This document shows positions 35,291-44,239 of a stretch of DNA of 44,239 nt, one piece after another. The stretch's first letter is position 1. The number at the start of each line of letters is the position of its first letter. The stretch is from Octopus bimaculoides. Its lineage: Eukaryota. A program made the position numbers and the translations under genes. The DNA lies in NCBI RefSeq assembly GCF_001194135.2, contig NC_068985.1, positions 9,756,334-9,800,572 on the forward strand. Direction: 5' to 3'. Below the pieces are notes generated by a model. It searched no databases. It saw nothing but the letters and a program-made list of their open reading frames with translations, and had not been told where the DNA came from.

Positions 35291-35477
35291 AAACAGAACA
35301 TAAGGGATATCGCGGTACACGTGTTTCAAGCTTTATAAACAATCTGTTATTACATCAGCATAGGTATATTATTGATATAATTGATATATATATCAGTAAT
35401 ATACATATACTGATGTAATGACACATTGTTTATAAAGCTTGAAACACGTGTACCGCGATATCCTTTGTGTTCTGTTT
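35291..35477. repeat. 187-bp near-perfect palindrome (MITE-like foldback)
   Basis: 87-bp arms with 7 mismatches, a 39-bp perfect core and a 13-nt loop. Confidence 0.92.
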
Positions 35478-35973
35478 CTAATTCATGTTTGATATATTCC
35501 CTCACCTCTGCCACTATCTCAGAGTAAAGGTAGCTTTTCGGTATCTCAGATAGTGTTCAGACAAAAGTAGGGGTCAAGGATATATCCTGAGACTGCTTGT
35601 GTCCCTAGTAGGAAGGAAACACAAATAGATGTTCCCGTGTATTTGGAAACAAAATCCTGGTGATATCTTGGTGCAAGCGTAGCTGTGTGGTTAAGACGCT
35701 TACTACCCATACATGTGATCAGACGTTCAGTCCCACTCCGCTGCTCGGTACGCTCGCTCAGTGTCTTCTACTATCGCCCTAGGCGGAGCAAAGCCTTGTC
35801 AGTGGATTTGGTGTACGGAAACTGAAAGAAGCTTGCCATTATATATATATATATATATATTTATATATTTATATATATATAAACTTAGATAAACTTGGAT
35901 ATGTTTCGATCAAAGATTGGTCCAGGCCATGTCTAACTTAATAGCACCACCTGATAGGATTATCTAAATCCTT

Positions 35974-36042
<69 letters not shown>

Positions 36043-36303
36043 ATGTATGTATGTATGTATGTATGTATGTGTGTATGTATGTATGTGGAAAGAGAGAGAC
36101 AGAGAAAGATACATGTATATATATGTGTGTGTGAATGTATACATATATATATACATATATATGCATGTACGTATATATACAAATATATATACATATATAT
36201 ATATGCGTGTACGTATGCATGTATTTATGTACGTGTGTGTGTGTGTTCCTGTTTGTGGTTTCTCCCCCACCGCTTGACAACCAGTGTTGGTTTGTTTATT
36301 TCC

Positions 36304-36338
<35 letters not shown>

Positions 36339-38633
36339 TGCAGGAGTGGCTGTGTGGTAAGTAGCTTGCTTACCAACCACATGGCTCCGTGTTCAGTCCC
36401 ACTGCGTGGCACCTTGACCAAATGTCTTCTTATATCGCCTCGGGCCGACCAAAGCCTTATGAGAGGATTTGGTAGACGGAAACTGAAAGAAGCCCTTCGT
36501 GTATGTTTGTATGTATATATATATATGTGTGTTAATAATTATATACATAATTATAATGAGTGATTAGCTATAAGCCTCTTCCTTATAATTATGTGTATAA
36601 TTATTAAAACTTTTGTAAAATTTACCTATAAAGTTTTTATTTCCGCGCTGACCCCCTGGTAAAATTATTAATGATTTTTACCCTTTATTATAATGTATAT
36701 GTGTGTATGTGTGTGTATATGGTTGTGTGTCTGTTTTTGTCCCCCCACCCCGCCAAATCGCTTGACAACCGATGCGGGTGTGTTTACGTCCCCGTAATTT
36801 AGCGGTTCGGCAAAAGAGACCGATAGAATAAGTACTAGGCTTTCAAAGAATCCTAGGGTCGATTTGCTCGACTAAAGGCGGTGCTCCAGCATGGCCACAG
36901 TCACATGACTGAAACAAGTAAATAGTAAAAGAGTATATATATATATNNNNNNNNNNNNNNNNNNNNNNNNNNNNNNNNNNNNNNNNNNNNNNNNNNNNNN
37001 NNNNNNNNNNNNNNNNNNNNNNNNNNNNNNNNNNNNNNNNNNNNNNNNNNNNNNNNNNNNNNNNNNNNNNNNNNNNNNNNNNNNNNNNNNNNNNNNNNNN
37101 NNNNNNNNNNNNNNNNNNNNNNNNNNNNNNNNNNNNNNNNNNNNNNNNNNNNNNNNNNNNNNNNNNNNNNNNNNNNNNNNNNNNNNNNNNNNNNNNNNNN
37201 NNNNNNNNNNNNNNNNNNNNNNNNNNNNNNNNNNNNNNNNNNNNNNNNNNNNNNNNNNNNNNNNNNNNNNNNNNNNNNNNNNNNNNNNNNNNNNNNNNNN
37301 NNNNNNNNNNNNNNNNNNNNNNNNNNNNNNNNNNNNNNNNNNNNNNNNNNNNNNNNNNNNNNNNNNNNNNNNNNNNNNNNNNNNNNNNNNNNNNNNNNNN
37401 NNNNNNNNNNNNNNNNNNNNNNNNNNNNNNNNNNNNNNNNNNNNNNNNNNNNNNNNNNNNNNNNNNNNNNNNNNNNNNNNNNNNNNNNNNNNNNNNNNNN
37501 NNNNNNNNNNNNNNNNNNNNNNNNNNNNNNNNNNNNNNNNNNNNNNNNNNNNNNNNNNNNNNNNNNNNNNNNNNNNNNNNNNNNNNNNNNNNNNNNNNNN
37601 NNNNNNNNNNNNNNNNNNNNNNNNNNNNNNNNNNNNNNNNNNNNNNNNNNNNNNNNNNNNNNNNNNNNNNNNNNNNNNNNNNNNNNNNNNNNNNNNNNNN
37701 NNNNNNNNNNNNNNNNNNNNNNNNNNNNNNNNNNNNNNNNNNNNNNNNNNNNNNNNNNNNNNNNNNNNNNNNNNNNNNNNNNNNNNNNNNNNNNNNTTAA
37801 AAAATAGAAGCGACATACATACATACATACATACATGCATACATACATACATACATACATACATACATACATTCATACATACATACATACATACATACAT
37901 ACATACATACATACATACATACATACACACGGATGAAATCAGTATTAATGGCCGTTCAACTGCTGGGAGTGAGAGGTTCCTAGTTTTTGTTTAAACATTT
38001 CTCTTGAAGAAGGAAAGCTCTGTTATAACACCTGCCACTACGTTTTGCATCCAATGATTTTGGGAAATTCTTCCTTTTGGGCAAATGCATACTCTGCTTA
38101 GACAGTGTGACAGGCCCAATGTAGAGCCTTTCCTCATTCTAAAATGATTCAGGCACAAACATCGCTCGATTTTAGACATCTCTGTTATGTGTTGCATAGT
38201 ATAAATAGCTATTGCCGAGAATTAAACATTTCATGAGAATGAGGAAATGAAGACATATGTCAGCGTGAAGTGGGGTGGGGAAACTTTATGAACACCTGCT
38301 GCAGGGGACATTCATCATTGCTACACCGGTGCAAAAGAGTGTGGGTCTCTAGCAAAACTGAAAAGTCATGACTATAGCTGTTCATGTTTAAGAGAACAAT
38401 CAAGTGATGGTATTTCTTGAAACTAAGTTGCACCTATCATGTATGTATGTATGTATGTATGTATGTATGTATGTATGTATGTATGCATCCATGCATACAA
38501 ACATACATATGTGTGCATGTGTGCGTGTACAAATATATGTGTGTGCATATATATATATATAGTTTTAGGGAAAAGAACCAACGTTCATGAACTCATCGAT
38601 GAAAATCCATATATATATATATANNNNNNNNNN

Positions 38634-38672
<39 letters not shown>

Positions 38673-39649
38673 CTATCTATCTTTCTATCTATCTATCTAT
38701 TACGAGAGTATGCTCACATACACACAAATACCAGGACTCGATTCATGAGTCACTTATCAAAGTGTGGCACTCTCTTCATTCTCCACTATTGCAGTTAATC
38801 ACTATGATTTCTCAGCAAGACATGTTCGAGTTGGAATCCAAATAACTAGAAGAAAGCACTAGGGAGACAGTTGTAGTAACTGAGACCAGCTGACTGTGTT
38901 CATGATTTAACAAACTGCAAATGGAAGCTTTCCGCAGGCGAAGTGTACAGGCTCAGAGATGAAACGCTCTATGATCCTGAAATTATAGCATGACAGCACC
39001 AATTCTAAACAAAGACATGCAAATAACATGCCTTCTGATGGTATTCCAGTCTCATATCTATCGTATTGCAAGCAGCGCCATTTACCGTATTTACCGTATC
39101 TATCGTATTCAAAGCAGCGGCATTTACGATGTAGAATCGACAGCGTAATCCGGGGGGCACTCTGTATAGTAGTTGATGGTGCGGTCGTCCAGAATATTAT
39201 TTTTACGCAGTTCGAATCCTTTTCCAGGGCCCGTGCGTCTGTGTGTGCAAGGGAGAGATAAGATTCCGAAGAACTTAGTAAAGAATATCTGAACCCAACG
39301 GTTAAAATGCTTTACGTTTTCTAAGACAATCTTACTGGATACAGATTAACCTGATCGATGTAAATATATTATTACTGATATCAGACAACCGTTAAGTATC
39401 TTCTTTTCCCAGTTTTTCTTGGTGACTAATCAATAAGAAGTCAATGTTTTAATCATATGAGAAGCACAGAAGCAGAACATTTAGAAACTGGGATCAAACC
39501 AGAGCGATCCCCCCTAAACGACGTACGTTAAGAGGTTTTATGCTGTATTCTACGTGTGGAAGGTGAGCTGGGAGTCAAAATTTCCCTTCGACTCTCCTGT
39601 GCTACTATTGTTACTCAGCCCCACGTCAGTATCAATCTAACTCGCTTCT

Positions 39650-39820
39650 GTAGGCGTGTGTGGTAAGGAAGGAGTTTACTTCCAAACCATGCTGTTGCGG
39701 GTTCAGTCCCACTGCGCGACACTTTGGGCATGTGTCTTCTACTATAGCCCTGTGCCGACCAAAAATTTGGGAGTGGATTTGGCAGACGGAAACTTTAAAG
39801 AAGCTTGTATGTACACACGC

Positions 39821-39878
<58 letters not shown>

Positions 39879-40140
39879 ACACACACACATACACACACAT
39901 ATACACACACATACATATATGTATGTATATCTACGTATGTGTGTCTTTGTGTTTGTCTCCCAACACTACTTGACAACCGGTGCTGGTTTGTTTACGTCCC
40001 CATAACTTAGCGATTCCTAAGAATAAATACCAGGCTTTAAAAATATAAGTATTGAGGGTGATTTATTCGACCAAACCCTTCAAGGCGGTGCCCCAGCATG
40101 GCCGTAGTTCAATGATAGAAACAAAAGATAAAAATGATAA
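39650..40140 (+). mobile_element. Family-A SINE with expanded internal (CA)n
   Basis: Head, core, long CA/TA tract and 3' part in order. Confidence 0.8.
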
Positions 40141-40774
40141 AAGTTTCTGATTAGTGTGTGTGTGTGTGCGTCTGTATGTGTTTTCCTACGTTGGCCGATC
40201 TATCATTAACTTTTATTTTAAAGACTTTAGGATCTGGTTTGAGTAAGATTTAGCTGCTATTTCTCGCTCATCGAGCGATTGCGAAGAGGCTCCTTTGTTT
40301 GCCTGTCCAGAGTTTATGAAATAAGTACTATTCATTGGATTTGTAGGTTCTTTATTGCCATTAATCTTTATGAAGCCATCAAGCAAAACACTAGATATAT
40401 AGAGCTGTCATATCTATAGAAATAACAGATTCTGCATGAGTCTTTGAGTTTAAATCCAGTTTGAGTAATCTTTGCAGCTCTGCTATTCATGAATCCAGAA
40501 TCAACAAAAATTAGTTATCTTTTTCATGTTCTTGTTTAGCCTTAGATCAGTCCGGATAAAACTGACTATGCTGTTCTTTCCTTCTTTCTTTTCGTTTTTT
40601 TTTTTTGTCTACTTCAGATTAAATATACCCCGAACTACATTATCTAATGTATTCTATATTTTGTTTATAATGGGAGGGTATTATTTGAAGATAATTTGAC
40701 TGCTCTTTCTTGCAGGTTGGGTGATCACATAAAGGCCTCACTCATTGATTTTTACCTGTAAGCACTTAGAATAT

Positions 40775-41192
40775 ATTCTTCTCTACTCTAGGCACAAGGC
40801 CCGAAATTTTGGTAGGGACCAGTCGATCAAGTCGATCCCAGTACGCAACCGGTACTTAATTTATCGACCTCGAAAGGATGAAAGGTAAAGTCGACCTTGG
40901 TGGAATTTGAACTCAGAACGTAAAGACAGACGAAACACCGCTAAGCATTTCATCCGGCGTGATAACGTTTCTGCCAACTCGCCGCCTTTAATAATTATAA
41001 TTTCTTCTACTCTAGGCACGAGGCCCGAAATTTTGTGGGAGGGGCCAGTCAATTAGATCGACCCAGTATGCAACTCATACTTAATTTATTGACCCCGAAA
41101 GGATGAAAGGTAAAGCCGACCTCGGTGGAATTTGAACTCAGAGACAGACGAAATACCGCTAAACGTGCTAACTTTTCTGCCAGCTCGCCACC
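40775..41192 (-). mobile_element. Two tandem family-B SINE monomers
   Basis: Both have full heads and the common tail, so this is not the fixed dimer. Confidence 0.85.
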
Positions 41193-42870
41193 GTATGCAC
41201 TTAGAATATATTGATTTTGATCGATCGATTACACTGATAGTAGCCTTCTACTTATCGAAAAAGATCTGATGTTTAAGAAAAGAATGGGAGTTTCGTGAAT
41301 GCTGGATAACTTCTGGAAAACTCACTAACAGAAATTTTTCAAGATTTTTCTCAGGGTTTTCGTCAAGTATATTAAAAACCGCTTTGATTGGAATCTGAAA
41401 CTAGCTTCACATCTAAATAAGAAACTATAAACTGGATTTTAAAAATTTGTTTCTTTGACGGAATAACGGATACATATGTGGAGAGGGGATAAGATTGTAT
41501 GATATTTATGCCCTTCTCATATTCATTGATGTTTTCCGAGCTAAAGAAAGACCCACCTGTGACTGATCTACTAGAAATAACAGCCATATATCTCTCAGAT
41601 CACATCCTGCGTCATTAATATGGAAAATAACATAAAAGCTTGCTTAACTGTCACTCGCAAGAGAGACCTGAAAACAAGTAACACGTTTTCGTTAACTGTT
41701 TTCGGTGCTTTTGAAATTGCGATCGGACACAGACGCCCTCTCGACTCTCCACACTTGACTTGGAAGAACACTGAGGATGTAACATCTGGAGGGAGAGAGG
41801 GTTGCCCTCAATCTCAGATGGTGTTTATTTCCAGCTGAGTTGACTGAAGCAACGTGAAATGGTATGCGTTACTCCAAAACTCAACGGTCCTTATGATCGT
41901 GAATTCGGCAAAGAGACCGATAGAATAAGTACTAGACTTACAAAGAATAAGTCCTGGGTTGATTTGATCGACTAAAGGTGGTGCTCCAGCATGGCCACAG
42001 TCAAATGACTGAAACAAGTAAAAAAGAGTAAAAGAGTAGATAATGTAGTTCGGGGTATATGAACAACTTTGGTCAAATGAATCGACCGCAGTACTTTTTT
42101 AGTTTTTAAAACCTAAATTCGACACCTTTGCCATTAGGAGACGCACATTTACTACACATTAGATAACGGACCCTTCCTTTTGGTCACGATTTAAATTCGT
42201 TTGACTGATATCTGCTCTTTCAAAGTTGATCTGAGTCTGAACAACAAAAATGACAAAACAACTGTTATCATTAAGAAGAATTGGTTTAATCCCGTCTCTC
42301 AGTTTAACACCACCGACTGGTCCTTAGGTGTCTTTAGCAAGAAACAAACAGTTAGAAGCATTCTAGCCAGATCTTCGATCTGAAGATAATGCTCTCCCTT
42401 CCTCTCAGCAATTTCAAAGGATCATGAGAATTGCACCGATACTTTCCAATGTATGCTGTATCACAAGAGATCAAACACAGCAAATATGAATCTTACGTCG
42501 TGTTTTCGTCTCGGTAAGAGCCTCTTTCTAAGTGTCTCGCCGCAGAATAATTGATTTCTCTGGTGACACGACAGCCGAGTATACTAGATGAGGAAAGTAC
42601 AAAGCGATAATCTTCATGTATTTAAAAGGACATTAGAGATAGAAACAAAACTACTGGTCAGCCAATAAATATATCGCTGTCAATATATGGCGTTATAAGA
42701 AACCTTTATTAAAAACCTGGTTTTCTGGCCGTTATGATGTGTTAACATCAATCTGTATATTCTACTCTCTTTACAAAGTATAACAAAGCATTTCTGTTTG
42801 AAAAGTAATGAATGAAACCAAATCAAATACAACGAATAAGCAAACATAATTGTAATGAGAAACTACTCAC

Positions 42871-42887
42871 TTCCTTTTGGTGACCAT
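42871..42887 (-). CDS. Arr: Arrestin coding exon 1 (MVTKR + AA, phase 2)
   Basis: ATG in strong context (AAGATGG), donor AA|GTGAGT; AA joins the G of exon 2 to give Lys in frame. Very short, so less certain. Confidence 0.75.
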
Positions 42888-43416
42888 CTTTGGTATATGT
42901 CTTGAAGGATCAAACGGAACCTGGAGGCGCTCGTTTGAAATAATTTCAAGCGGATTTTTCTTCAAATAATATATGGGTAAATTATTGTATTATATAATTT
43001 TTTTTATGAATATGTATGTCTCTCAGGGTGTGGATACAACGGATCCTTGGTTTAATAGAAAATCAGAATAAAAGTATTAACTCTTGCTGTTCGTTTGCTT
43101 CCGCGTTGAAAGCAACAGACGACAATGATCTCTGTTATTCTTTGCAGTTCGTGTATGCCACCTCACTTTGAGTGAATATAAAGACAATATGATGAAGTAG
43201 TTTTCCTCAGACTACTTCCCGTACATGAGAACTGAATATGAGCTAGCTGCCAATTTTGGCGTTCATTACCAGTTAATCTGTGTTAATATGCTGACGATTA
43301 ATCGCCGAGCACATGCAAATCAGTAGCAGCCATTATATATTGGCGTTCGTATTTAACTTACATAATCACATTTATACATAGATTATACGAAGCGATATTA
43401 TATCTATTTGTCTGTA

Positions 43417-43494
<78 letters not shown>

Positions 43495-43531
43495 CCAATC
43501 AATCAATCTATCTATTTAATCACCGACTTAC

Positions 43532-43565
43532 CTGCATACGGATATTTTACTTAACTCCACACCTA

Positions 43566-43570
<5 letters not shown>
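43532..43570 (-). other. Candidate upstream exon (3' part) ending in CAG|GTAAGT
   Basis: Perfect consensus donor at 43532/43531 could splice to a CCAG|G acceptor at 42921/42920, 33 nt upstream of the ATG. Its 5' end runs into (AG)n and a gap. Confidence 0.4.
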
Positions 43571-43609
<39 letters not shown>

Positions 43610-43683
43610 NNNNNNNNNNNNNNNNNNNNNNNNNNNNNNNNNNNNNNNNNNNNNNNNNNNNNNNNNNNNNNNNNNNNNNNNNN

Positions 43684-43772
<89 letters not shown>

Positions 43773-44239
43773 CATATGTGTGTGTATATACACTTACCTA
43801 TCTACCTACCTACCTACCTACCTATTCATCCATCCATCCATCAATTTACGTCACAATTGTTGCTTGTTTCTCCATTTTTTTCCATTCATACATTTGTCAA
43901 TCCATCTTGCCTACAGCTAAGTAGCCACTTACTAACATTCCACCTCCTTTTGTTAATCCTGAGACAAGAATCTTTTTCAACTGGTTTTTATGTCAATTGA
44001 TCTCTCGTATGATAGCCTTCCAATCAATACAGGTATCGTCTTACCTAATTTTACCATACCTTTCCGCAAACTTCTATAGAATATCGTCTGCCTTATAAAC
44101 TGTTACAGTCATTATATGTCTCTTATTTTATGCAGACGTTTCAAATAGTCCGCTATGATTGATCGTCAGACAACCATATTTTCTCTTATCTCTTAAATCA
44201 TTTATATTATCAGTCAGTCCATATATATATATATATATA

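Noticed and set aside
42930-44239. Photoreceptor promoter motifs (TATA, palindromic homeodomain site)
   Set aside because: No convincing match, the TSS is unknown, and the region is gapped.

Overview
Repeat-rich, gapped animal genomic DNA, inferred to be octopus/coleoid cephalopod from the protein, the SINE types and the microsatellite density. The whole window is one minus-strand arrestin gene, most like cephalopod visual (rhabdomeric) arrestin, which the ORF track shows only in fragments. I assembled 12 coding exons by hand, all with GT-AG introns and compatible phases: 42871-42887, 20987-21017, 15545-15605, 15179-15420, 9412-9471, 6344-6411, 5107-5242, 4045-4129, 3269-3341, 2423-2569, 922-1008, 368-454. 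They total 1094 nt (364 codons + 2 nt); the C-terminal exon(s) lie beyond the left edge. Protein: MVTKRKVYKKSSPNGKLTTYLGRRDYYDHGSWVDNIDGIIVVDPEYLKNRKVFGIIVVAFRYGREDLDVMGMSFRKDFAVKQMQLYPPLEENKHLLTKLQARLLAKIGSNAVPFHFDLPTTTPDTVCIQPCEGDDGAPCGVDYQVTTYVGQSLDEKIHKRNSVSMSIRKLTYLEERKEPQPHGEISKEFKFTSGAMKLECSLDKAKYYSGETININVCVDNPTSKKAKKIRLQVLQYADICLYETVQYKNIVAEVETEEGFPIESNTSGFCKVYKIRPILDAAKRRAGLALNGRVKYEDTALAASTEMAGKVNKENLGIIVNYKIKIKMTLGFGSGDMVLEVPFKLAPNRLKGNFLKPEERASE(E/D). The introns hold several tRNA-derived SINE families, fragments of Tx1/L1-, R4/Dong-, CR1-, Penelope-, Helitron- and Tc1/mariner-type elements, MITEs, micro/minisatellites and N gaps. The best second-look items are: a dimeric SINE that moved as a unit (same junction, one TSD each, two loci); a SINE tail shared with a Tx1-like LINE whose copies sit in (TATC)n arrays; a minimal hammerhead-like motif sense to the pre-mRNA; long intronic hairpins; an Asn at the polar-core Asp; and candidate N- and C-terminal isoforms. 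All family assignments come from motif recall, not database searches.
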